NCBI GenBank assembly: GCA_964057225.1
Contig: OZ059899.1
Span: 14,322,001 to 14,386,000 of the forward strand
Reading direction: 5' to 3'
Origin: Auanema rhodensis
Taxonomy: Eukaryota; Animalia; Nematoda
Length of the DNA: 64,000 nucleotides
Shown here: one piece after another, positions 12,928-25,691 of the stretch
Layout: every line of letters begins with the position of its first letter
How positions within the stretch are numbered: the stretch's first letter is position 1
The notes under the pieces: generated by a model
Seen by the model: only the letters and a program-made list of their open reading frames with translations
What the model was told of the DNA's origin: nothing
Databases searched by the model: none
Made by a program: the position numbers and the translations under genes

Positions 12928-15900
12928 GTATATAAAGAAAGAGAAAAACATATAAATATATGGAAAATACATATTTGTTTATATTTCTAAATAGTGATAG
13001 TGGTTTTGGTTTTGGGATTTGGATAGAGATATCTTTTTTTGATAAAATAAACTAGCATAGAGGATTAAAAAGATAGAAACTTCAGAGATGGGAGAAAGAA
13101 AACAATTTAAAAAATGATTTTACACTAACAGATAAAATAGAATTGCGATCACCTTTGCTCTAGCGGTTGGACAAGACTGAAGGAACACTCTAAGTGACCT
13201 CTGAACCTTTTTTTTTTTAAAAAAAAGATACATTGGCTCAAATAGCGAGTGTTTGAAACGAAAGACAGTTTGAAATGCGCGTCAAGAGCACATAGCGATT
13301 ATTTTTTCAGGATGAAATGCAAAAGGGGCTATAAGGGAGATTAGAACGAAAAATCACGAATTGATTAGATAGATCTACGTTAGTGAACACATTGGTTATT
13401 TTGAAGAAAAAAAGCAAATCTGCAAGTACAAAGAAGGAAAGCAAAGTGGAGTAATAACTGGAAATCGGTCTCGACAGGAAGAACGAAATCGAGGGTGAAA
13501 CTGCTAGCAGCTGCATCTGTTAGTCATGAAGAAAGAAAGAGAAAGCGAGAAAAAGTGAGAGGCAAGAAGAGAGAGGAGGATAGAGTTAGATCGAGACGAA
13601 GAGAAGGAAACCAAGATAGAGTAAGAGAATGAATAAGATGTAGTTGAGGACTACCATCTATATACGAACGAGGAAGATATCAGACGACGGAACCAAACGA
13701 ATAGAAAGTGTGTGGAACATCGTTGTCGTTTCATTGATGCCAAATCGAGAAAAAGCCGGTCTGGGAGAACGATGACGATGCCATGTCTCGTGCATCTGGT
13801 ATTGGCAAGTTGTCGTTCCAAGAACACGACAGCATACTCTCTGATTCTACCTCTAGACCGGCAGTAAGAAGAGAAATGAACATCTGATGATTACCTACTG
13901 CAGGGAGAGAAAGAAGACGAAGAAATAAAAAGAAAGAAGACGCAACAGAAGAAAAGATAGCGAATAAGAAGAGCAAGAAGCTGCTGCATCTCTGAGAAGA
14001 CATAGCTCGAAGGTGTTAAAGGAGTAGTAAGCAAAGAATCGGTGCAGTAAATAGATTTTACTTCCAGTTCGAGTTTCTTCACTAAACATGAGAAAAGAAT
14101 AACGATGATGATGATGATTACTCTCTTCTACTCCATTCACTCATTACTAAGACTGTATTTTTTCCAGCAACATTTCCAATCTCACATCTGTCTTGATTTC
14201 CTGGAGAGACAGCGAAGTGAGCCAACTGCTAAATCACACAGATTTTATCTCGATGACCAGACACAAAAAACTAAAATTTCAATGAAGACTCTTGCCCAAT
14301 ATTTCTCATTCACGTATACACATCTCTCCCATTTCTCGCTGTTTTCTCTTTCTGCTCCTTCCACCACGCCAGCCTTTCCTCCCTTCATTCCCCTCACTCC
14401 CCTATTCTTCATTTTTCACTCCTGCCATATATTTCTCTCCCCCTTTTTACTTTTTGTCTTTTTATCTTTCTGTCTCCCTCGAATAGTTGGCAATGAAAAC
14501 AATTGAAAAAATAACGGATAAGGATGTTAAGAACGCAAAACAGTTCTGATTGGTATGCTGGATCGATTGACAACACCACCTCTTTCAATACCATCAGACA
14601 CTATCGGAGAACCAACCAACTAGCAAACGAGCCATCGAACAGGACAAACTGACGACAATCACCAAATGTTTTGCGCTCTCATCTCATTCGCTTTCGTACT
14701 TTTTCCTCTCTCTTTCGCTGTTTCCATCAACTTTTTTTCAGCTCCATCCTTATATTCATTTCATTGAAAAAAAAAGAAAGAGAGAGACTATATGTATAAA
14801 GACAAACAGGTCCCTTCAAACTATTTCCCGACCTGGTCATTTCATTTTTGTCTGTAACACTAATATTACTAGATTATCTGGCCTGTTAACTTGCGAAATA
14901 TAAGTCGTTTTTTCAATGGATTTAGTATACTTGTTGCTGTTTTATATAAAATATATAACGATATTATATATACAGAAATATCAGCTCGATTTTGTTCTGT
15001 TTTTTTTTAATTTGAGAGCTTCAAATCAAATGAGAATCAAATCCAAATCAATGATGTATGTCATTGCTTCAAAGCAAGAATATACTAATGGATACATTTA
15101 TGCAGTTTTGACGATTTTGATCAATTCAACAGATGAGAAGTTGCTATGATGCATTCACAAACAGCTGGTAGATCTCTTCTGAACATGCATAAGCTCAAGC
15201 TGAGATGTCTTTTCTCATGTCCCGATATCCTCATCTCTCATCCAAAAGACAAAGAAAAATTGGAATTATCAAGATTAATTAATTGGCAAATTGAAAAATT
15301 ATCGAAACTATAATTAATTGTATAATTAATTTTTTATTCGTCCGTCTTGATCAAGGAAGTCGAGTTACTTGGAAAGGGCGAAAAAAAAAGAAAATACGAG
15401 AAAGAGAGAAAGAGAGAAAGAGTTAGTGAGTAAGAGTGAATGAAAAGAAGAGAGTAAGATAGAAAGAATGAGCAGAAAATCAAAAACCGAAAGAAGACTA
15501 CAGAATTAGCGAAAACTCGAAATATGTCCAACACAAAGAGTCTGTCGTTTATCAACTCCCAGCTCAATTTGCTTTAAAGTAATGTCTGCTCTTTTGCTTC
15601 AGACCGCTTTATCTATTTCCCTTTTTTTCAACTGGACATTCGAAAACTAATGTCTTAAAGCCGTGATCGCAAATAGTGAGTACGAGATAAGTAGAAGAAA
15701 GATAAAGATCAGTTGAAAATATTAAGAAAATGGTATTATTGTTTATCAAACGAATATGATTAATAAAATGTTAGAATGATCCGAGTATGATGGAGGACAA
15801 AGCTGTGCACAGCTAGCTTTTGGAATAAGAGTAGTTAGAGCATTTTGGCTGAAAACGTGGATTCTAATAAAAGGTTGAAAGCTGTAAGTCGTTCAGTTGC

Positions 15901-18900
15901 TAGCTACTGCTTTCTATTTCATTCATCCAATATGACATCAAATGAACACTGAGAGAAACGGAATGAACGGAGGTAGAATTAGAGAGAGAAAAAGATATAT
16001 ATATATATAGAGAGAGATGTATGAAGAATTGAAAATGTCTTTATGTTCCTTCTCTTATACTTCTGCACTATCGATTGAGTTCGTTCAGGTTTCAAGTCCA
16101 TAAAAGCATGTATTGGCTGCCAAAACCAAGAATCGAAGTCTTCAACACCAATTGTGTCAGCTACGTTTTGGCGCATTTTCTTGCACATGCGAAGGAAAAC
16201 GCCGAAAAAGCTCAATCAATTTAACAGCCGTGATGATGATGGTCTACTAGGCAAGAGGAAATAGTAGCCCAAGAAAAGAAGGAAGGCGAAGAATAGACGA
16301 ACGACGCTGAGTCCTAGGAGACGGAAAAGAAAAGGAGGTTGAAGTATGGGAGTGCATGTCACAGGCAGAGAACAGAGAGATGGAACATAGCTTTTATGCG
16401 CAGCTTCTCTATTAGGGACACATGCATACACACATACGCATACTTACACCCTTCTTCTGAGCTGACCAGCCAGCCAGCCAGCCAACCAGCTCAAAAGCCC
16501 AGTACCACATCAAACTTAATATTAAAAAATAAAAAAAAGAGTAGCGCCAGATCAGCAAGATTAGCAAAAAAAAGACAAAAAAAGAATAACACATGAGACA
16601 GAGCTGGTTTGCAAAAGCCATCTAGCACACATACATATATACACACACATGAGGCTTGTGCTATTGCTGTTCTCGCTACTGCAATTCTTATTGATGCTGT
16701 TGCTACTGCTTTTGCTATGGCTATTGGTGATGTTGCTACAGGAGATCGAGAAAGTAGTATTGTTAAATGGTTACCAGCAAACCTGTACTTCGTTCAAAAG
16801 CAGAAGGAAATAGGGAAAGGGAAACGAAAAAAGTGTACATCTGTGAGAGAGAGAAAGAGTTTCGTTATGAATTGCATCAGATTATGCGAAAAGCAAAATG
16901 ATGATTTTGACGCCAATTGGCGGTGCTTTGGAACGGGAAATCAAATAAAATTTGTCTTACTTTCCTCTACATCTTCTACTTCATTGTCATTTGCTCATTT
17001 CATCTCTACTTTTCTCCTCACACTATCTATCTATTAGAGCCAATGAGAACAGCATGCTTGCCTGATTCTATAGAACTGATATGGAGAATTCGACAATATA
17101 TGACGAGTAAAACAGACAGATACAGCTAAAACAGGCGCCATACTACATGATTTAAATGGGAAAAAGTGGAAAAATTAATCGGAGAGAGTGATGAAACTTG
17201 TAACCAAATTAATTTCAAGATGGAGGTAGATCATTGAGAACATACAGCAAAACGACTAAGCATATAATCAAATTTATTTGCTTGATGAGGGAAAAAGAAA
17301 GAGAAAATGCATTTTTTAACTTGTATTAACTTTCCGGAACAGTGAAATGCGAAAGCAATAGCAATTGAGAGAGAGAGAAAGAAAGAAATTGGTAGAATGT
17401 GAAAGAGAGTGAGCTGTGTAGACGGATTGAAAATCCAGTGTAAGCCCTTTGATGGCTGGGAACGAAGATTCTTCAACGTGCTACCATCTCTAGAACAATT
17501 TGGCTTCTCGCAAATATTCACGAAAGTGATAGTTAAAATAGTAGTAGTAATACTAATAGTAGAAATAGTAATGGGATAGAAATAGTTAGAAAGGAAAATA
17601 AATTGATACAAGAGCGATTGAAGAAGACACAAAAGAAAAAAACGTCAATGATGACTTTCAGAAAGAAAATTAACACACATAACACACACATACACATACA
17701 AGAATTACAGCCCAAAAACAATAGATGAACATAAATACATCGTGTGTTTATGAATCATTGGTGATGGTAGTCAAAATGATAGAAGGGAGAAAGGAAAGGG
17801 TGTTGGGATGAGATGACGACGATGATGGGGGATGGTGATGATGATAATGATGGTAGTGTGGTAGTATTGGCTGGTGTTGGTATTGCTGTTACTGCTGATG
17901 ATGTTGGTGGTGGTGGTGGTGTTGGTGGTGATGATGATGATGTTGGAAGTGGTCGGGTATGTCTGATCAGTTTTTCAACACAAACTGGTAACCCATTTGG
18001 CTCCAAACAAGTAGAACCATCGAAAGCTAGCGTACGTGAGTCTGGCGAAGAAAAAGGGAAAATGGAGAAGTATGCAGAATGAATATCAGGGACAGAAAGA
18101 GACGAAAAGCAGAAAGTCAAATTGAGGCAAATGATGGAGTTGAAGCTATGAATTGGAATTGGCAACAATGATGGTGAAGTGGTGGAAAGAAAATAGATAG
18201 AAGACTGAAGAAGACAGCAGTTGAAGACCAAGAAGTAGAAAATGACAACGTCAAATTAGAAGAAGAAGAGGAAGCCTAACACGAAAACGATGGAGGAGTA
18301 GGAAAATAAGAACTCTAGAAAAAAGGGATGGCTGAATGATGAGATGATATATGATGACAAAGACATAAATGAAAAAAGAAATGAATATCGAATAAGAAAA
18401 ATGACACACATTTGTACATCCATGGTACATACATCTTTTCTTCATCTTACCACATTTCCATATTACTTCCTCTCATTCATTCCTTTCTCTCTCTCGCACT
18501 CTGTCTCGTTATAACAATCAATGAAGACCGAGTATTTTATGTGCTTTCTGGTGTTGTTAGTGCTCATAGCTAGTGATATCTATTTGCATAATCACTATCA
18601 AATATCAAGTCGTACTTTTAATTAATGCTCCAGATACAAAGATGAATTTTATACATTGTGAATTTAAAAAAAACAATTTGCCGTTCAAAACCTCACTATC
18701 CTGATACGTTACATGGCTCTTCCTATCTTCAAAGTTTGAACAATTCGTCTAAAAGATTCACATTTCTTTCTCTTGTTCGAAGATTATCTATCTCAGTCTC
18801 TTCCTCTTTCTCTCCTTTTCTGTCTATCTATCGTTTTCATAAAACTTCAAAATACACCAGGACATCGTCTGGTCAGAAAAAATGAGAAAAGTTCGTCCTT

Positions 18901-21842
18901 CACGGGGAATAGAGTTTTAATGTATGTCAAAGAGTTGAAGAACACCGAGACAGTTTTTTTCCATAAAAAATAGATAAATTTAGCTGTTTTTTAATAGTTT
19001 TTTCTATAGCTAATATTAAAAATGTTTAAAATATTATATAAAAAGTAAAAAAAAACTAATTGTTCACCCAAATTCTAAATATGTGGATTGGAACATGTGG
19101 TTCATCTTGCTCTGTGTATATGTCATTAATGATTCACATATAGTTCAGTATAACAGAAATTGCGAGAAATACATTCGAAATCAGAATATTAAGTTTAAAA
19201 CGAAGGAAACATAATGATATTGATAGGCTGGCAAGACGCAACGAAACATTTATGAACCCAATCAGCGACCAACCTAGACAGATCGAGAGTCAACCTTCTA
19301 TCACACGTATTCACACGTGTAGCAATACGGTCCAGAATTTGGCGCATTCCGCCAACAGTTGAGGAAATTGAATTACCAAAGATTTGTTGTGGAAAAAAAA
19401 GGAAAACTGTTTTTGGCATATTATTGAAATGTGGAGAACTCGATAACGATTTTGCTGGATTTAAATACGAAAATGTGAGCAAAATGCGAATGAAAAATTA
19501 CTGTCAAGTCATTGAGCATAGCCCGTAGAGTAGCCACAGAACAATGAAAACGAAAAGTGTGAAGCAGTAATCAAGAATTTTTTGACTGTAAAGACTAAAA
19601 ATCGAAACAACCAATAGGACATGCCGTTTCAAATTGAACCTAACTGTTTAAAAATCGAGAAACCTTAAACATAAGATATTGCGTGTCGTGTCTCTTGTCG
19701 TACGATCTAAATATATTTATATTTTTCTATATTTATAATTATATTTATAAATAGACGATTACAGAATCAAAAATGGTTTGGTTTAATCTGAGGGGTGACT
19801 GAGAGTTAGTGTTGTATGAAGGAATGAGGCAGTAACAACAGGGCGCGATTTGATTTGAGACCTTACACCGACGTAAAAATCAATGAAAAAACTATATGAA
19901 GACTAAAGTATGTAGACACTTGTCTAATAGACTTAACCATTACAGAAAACCAAAAAGGAATTTTTAAAATTCAAAAATCGACGCTTCGCTACTCGTTGAT
20001 CTCGACTCTACTGGCAGTCAAAACCCAGAGGAATTTAGTTGGAAGCAGGCTGGCTGGAAGACCTGCTTTTTCGACCGCAACGCGAGACCGCACGCATGCG
20101 TGTACCACGACAGGGACAGAAAATGGTCGATAGGACGTAAAGCAGATGAAGAAGAAGGAAGAAAGGAATATCGAGACCAGACCAGACGAAGAACAAGACA
20201 GGAGAAACAAGAAAAGCCATGGAACGCTTGTTGGACAGGCGGATAATGATGGAAGGAATGGAGGGAATACAGAAAGAGAGGAGGGAAAAAGAAAGAGGGA
20301 GTGTATCCTGGGAAGCTACAGACAGGAATAAACGAGGAATATACAGGAGACAGCTAATGTTTCCTCCCATTCTTTACTACTTTCAAATATTCTGGGGAGG
20401 ATAGATGAGAAAAGACTGTAATCTGCTTCCAAGATTCACGTTATTGATGTAACTCGTGTGCATCATAATTTGCACAATTTCATTGAAAGCGAGATGGTAG
20501 GGAGTGAGATCGAACATTGAATAATAGAGTAGAAAAAACTAATAGATGCAGAGAGAGTTCACTTTCTTTCTTTGTGAGTACAAGGGTAACTGCTCAGAAA
20601 TTGGCGGTGACCTGGAGCCGTAGCTTACTCCAGCCGGATGTTGACCGTATCATTAGCGATTTATCATTCAACCTTTAAAGGTTATTTGTGTGCTCAAATG
20701 TTGGCAAATGAACGGAGAATGAGATGTGTGCTTACGTGGATTTTCTGTTCAAATGTTATTTCATCATAAAGGTATTGGAATATGGGTAACGATTTTCCAC
20801 CTCAGTTGTAGCCCCGTGATAAAGTGATAGTTCAATTTATGGGAGGATTGATGGTAAAGCTATGCTTAATATCATTAATGAACATATTGCTTCAAAAATA
20901 AAAGAAAATAAAAAAAAAGAGAAAAAGAAAATATCGTATGGTAATATGGATTTTCTTTTTTTGCAGCCAAGTGGGCGGAAAACATACATAATTAGAATAA
21001 TAGTTTGAAGAAAGTTAGATCTCTTGAAAATAAGAGAACATGAATAACATAAACCAAGGGCGTAGATGAGGGAAAATCTGAAAAAAAACACAGAACATTG
21101 AAAACTATGATACAATGACGTCAAACTTAAAGGAGATAGTTGGAATTACCTTTTCAATCTAATATTATATAGCATTAGTAATTCAAAATTAACATTAAAA
21201 CAGCGTTTTCAGAAGAATAAAGTGAGAACATATCTTTTCGATCATGTGTTTTTCTCTGAAAAATCTGCGTCAACGTTGTTCAGTCGTCATTTCTTCTCTC
21301 CCACTCTTTGAATTAACTTAGCATCGTATTTCCTTATTAGATACAATAATAATAATATAATAATGTAATATTATAAGAAATAATTATGTGGAAACAGAAA
21401 GAAACTACAAAAAAAATAAAATAATAAAAAGAATTAATAAACTGTGATGAGGGGAATGTAATAATTTGTTCAAATCACCAGTGCTGTATGTCATATGGTT
21501 CTATATGTGTATACATATATGTACATGTGTAAGTGTGGGTGTGTAGATTTTGGTATGTGTCCAGGTATGATGATCCTTGTCTGAGACATACATACATATG
21601 ATCAAAATCTGAAGATTCTCATATTGCCCCACTTTAATCAGGATGCACTTTGACGAGCGAGATCGGGAGATATTTTACTTCGGTCGAAACCATTTTTGAA
21701 AAAGTATAAGCGAATAGTCAATAATAAGTTCAAAGTTGTATTTTTTTCAAAAAACTTTCCGCTAACTTCAATGAATAGAATATAAGTGTCATAACAGATA
21801 ATATAAGAGAAATTAGCATAAATTCATCTGCCAGGTGAGTCT

Positions 21843-21877
21843 CACGTGTACTTCCACGTGTGCTTTCACGTGACGTG
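21843..21877. promoter_or_regulatory. Cluster of CACGTG E-boxes
   Basis: CACGTG at 21843, 21855 and 21867 (12-bp period; the third is TCACGTGA), plus an overlapping GACGTG. Confidence 0.45.
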
Positions 21878-23094
21878 ATTGTTCTGTCATGTTTGACAAG
21901 TTATTATTTTTCCTCCTACACACTTGATAATGCTACTACTCATTCAACAAAAATGGGTGAGGGAGAAGAAATATGAAAAGACAAACGAACAGAACAGTTG
22001 CATTTGGAGGAAACACAGTTAATTCGTTGAATTGAATTGAATACGAAAATATGTTTATAAACGCTACATTCATGATTTGGCTAAGTTTCGTTTTTAATTC
22101 ACTTTTAAACGTAAATCTGATTAAAACAAGGAATGGTTGAGATCTTTTTAATTCTCTCAAGCAATAGAAATAAAAAAAATAAAAAATAGGAGAAAGAAAG
22201 GCGAGAGAGAAAGAGAAAGAGAGAGAGAAAAAGACAGCAAATGAATAAGAAAATGTTATTCATTTTTGTCGAGTCAAATATCACTCCAACATTTTCGACA
22301 TTAGTTGACTCATATTGTTGATAATAGTAATAATAATAACCAAAATAATAACACATAGTTTAAATAAAAGATGCATACACATATAAAAAATAAAAAACTA
22401 TTTTCAAGCTCATCATAATTTCAAACGAAACAACGGTCTTACGGTTTTTACGGACGGTTGAGAATGTAAACAGTCGTGACCTTTCAACTATAAAGACATC
22501 TTCGTCTTTATCTATCTCTAATTCTCATAATTTTTCTTATTATCTATATGTTTTATACGTATCTGTCTCTTTATAATTCTTTCATTATCGTTCTATCTTT
22601 GAGCTTGTTTTCCTTCCCCCATCCTTTTTTTATTAATATTTTTATAAATTTAATATAGAAATAACTGTATATATGTTAGAATACATATGAATACATGTGT
22701 ATCTATTTATATTTGTGTGTATCTCTGTGTATTTGGAAGAAAAAAAATAGAAATTACAAATGTTATAAATTAGATTTTATCATTTGGAGAGAACACGCAT
22801 AATGTACTCTAGAAAAATTGATTTTTAAAAAAAAAAGGTAATGTGACTCTATTATATGGGTGAAAAGAAAAGAAAATGTTGAGCACATGCTTTTGGAGGG
22901 AAGCTGATATACATATGTATAGACCTGATGCAATATCTATTTGACAGAGAGAGAATATGGATACCATATAATTACAATGATAACAGCAATTAGCTTCTGA
23001 CATTTAAATTCTACAAAGTTAATTTTGCGATTATGCTGGAAAATGCTCATAATACCTAGTGAATATTAATTAGAATGATGTAGTAAATGGGAAA

Positions 23095-23095
<1 letters not shown>

Positions 23096-23167
<72 letters not shown>
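23096..23167. repeat. (TA)n microsatellite
   Basis: Uninterrupted TA run of about 72 bp; shorter runs near 12896-12922 and 60116-60148. Confidence 0.95.
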
Positions 23168-23170
<3 letters not shown>

Positions 23171-25691
23171 AGAGAGAGGAATGGAGAGAAAAAAGAGGGA
23201 AAAAGAGCTACCATACATAATATGTATGTATAAGTAAGTGATTTGTGTATCATACTATGTAGCTGCTGTATATAGTATATGTGTTTGTGTGTCTGTGTAT
23301 ATGTGTCTGTGTGTGTGTATGTGTGTGTCCAAGAGAAAGATAAAGAGACATTAGAAAGAATAAGAAAATAAAAAATAATTTAAAAAATCCAATCTATATA
23401 CATTTTCATTACATGCAAATGAAATGAGTGTGAGAAACAAGCATAAGTGAGAAAAGAAGCAAGACGATGAAATATCGAAAGAAAGAGACTAATTGACAGA
23501 CAGATAGCTCGAGAATTGAGAGGAGCAGACATAAAAAAAGAGAGAAAATACAAAAGAAAGAAAAGGAGCAAGGGAGGGAGGGAGGGACGGATGGAGGGAC
23601 GAAATTATAAAATGAATAGAGTTCAGAATGGAAGCATGATGTGAGGAGAGTGACAGTGGTAATAGAGAGAACGAAAGCAAGATAAGAAGTTTGAAATGAA
23701 AAGAGATAGAAAGAGATAAAAAAAAGAAAAAAAAAACAACCTAGAGCAGGGACACCCCGTTGTCTAAAAAAGGGAAAAATACATCTGTATGTACAAGCAC
23801 AGAACAAAGATGTGTTGTGTCTGCACCGTAAAAGTGTTATTTATGGTTAAGTATGAACAAATAGGAAAATTAAAAGAAAAAAAAAGATGTTAGATATATA
23901 TTACTATATATATACATGTATATATATAGTAATATATGATTCTGATTTCTTCTTTTTCTTCTTTCATTTCGTTTTTCCATTTATGCACATAATGAGCTAA
24001 TTATGTTAGATAAAATGAAAAAATATCTAATATAACGTGCATGTGAATGAATCTATAACAGGGTAAGAGTGGTCACAAGATGAGAAGAAGAAGACAATAA
24101 AGGCACAATTGTCACACAGATATACGTGGAGAAGCTGTAAATGAGCTTGATGATCATCAGTATGACTCATGAGTATGAGGAAAAGCTCTGACTCTGCGCT
24201 GTTGTACATTGACGCTGATATGATATGTATGGACTGTTAATAATGTCGTCGTCGTCACCGTCGTCGTCACCGTCGTCGTTGTCGTCCTCGTCGTCGTTGT
24301 CATGGACAGCATCGTTGTCAATTGTGTCATAGTGTTTTTAGTTGAAAAAAGGCAACAGGCAGAATGAACCTGGTGATAATGGTGATCAGGTGAAGATCGT
24401 ACAGAAAAATACGAAGGTATTGGACGAGTAAACGAAGGGGGTGTGGGGATTGAGAGAGGGTAAGCGTGAGAGAGAGAGAGGGGGGAGTAATAGTTGCAGA
24501 AGAAACAGTCAGCTTAACTATCTTAATCTTAAATGAGAAACATACTGTATGTCAATATGAATTAGAGCATTATGACACTAAGGAAAAAATTAAAAAAATA
24601 TCAATACAACTAGTTTTTCCAAGTTGGAAGAAGAAAATTAAAGATTTGAGACGAGGGAGGAAAAGCTGATATAACACACATCGATTACAATAACTACGAA
24701 TTTTGTACAAACAAACAAAGGTGATGAAGGGTGAATTATGACTTATAACTATGTTCAAATTAACTATCAGCTTGAATTATAGAGGAAAAGATTGAGAAAT
24801 ACTTACTCTGAAGCGTTAAGAGATCCCACATCGCCAGGTTCTCACCGGCAAATCAGATTACCACTCTTTCTTCTTCCAATCTTACTCTTTCTTTCTTTTA
24901 AAAAATAAGTTCCCTCCATCTTTTCATATTTTTCTCTCTTTAAATATGCCTAGCTTCACATGCCCTTTCTCTCTCTATGTAAGCTGTAGCTATAAGATTG
25001 GAATGCATGGAAGACATTCAAGTTTTAAAAATGTTTTGGCCTAGACTACTTTGGTGTGATAAATGAAACAAGAAATAATAAGAAAAATGATATGTGTAGG
25101 TGGGTGAGTTTGTTCATTGTGACTGAGAGTTGAACGAGAGATGAATATGGGTAATGCTGCTCATGCTATTTCATGCTTGAAAATCTTCAGACATATATAT
25201 GAAAAATAGATTGTGTCCGAGCATGCTGGCAGTGACGTCGTCAATGCCATCACGGACATAAGGACTAAACAAAATGAAAAGAAAAGAAGAAAAGACAAAA
25301 ATGACGATGAAGTAGGAGGAAATAGAAATAGGGGGAATATCGGGCAGATGAAGAAAAACCGGCAACATATCTTCAAGGGAGGGCTGAGTGACAGAATTGA
25401 GAGTTGATATGGACGATGCAAGAGGATCAGAAACTGGCAGTCAGTATATGAAGCCAGTGCCATGTCTGCCAGCGTAACACATCTTTTCTATTAAAACAGT
25501 TTACGAGGAGAGGGAAATGGGGAATTCTGAGATAGAAGACTGAAGTGAGCAGAAAGGAAAGGGGGATCGAAACGAACGAAAAGAAACAGATTGTATCTTC
25601 TTAAAGATAGAGAGAGAGTGAGAGAGAGAGAGTGAGAGAGTAAAGAATAATTAGAAAGTGAACAAGAAATAAAAAGAAAAATAAACGATTA

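Noticed and set aside
13300-25500. Many Phe/Leu/Ser-rich or Lys/Arg/Glu-rich ORFs in the supplied track
   Set aside because: They are translations of GA/CT and trinucleotide low-complexity DNA, with no consistent splice phase or domain.
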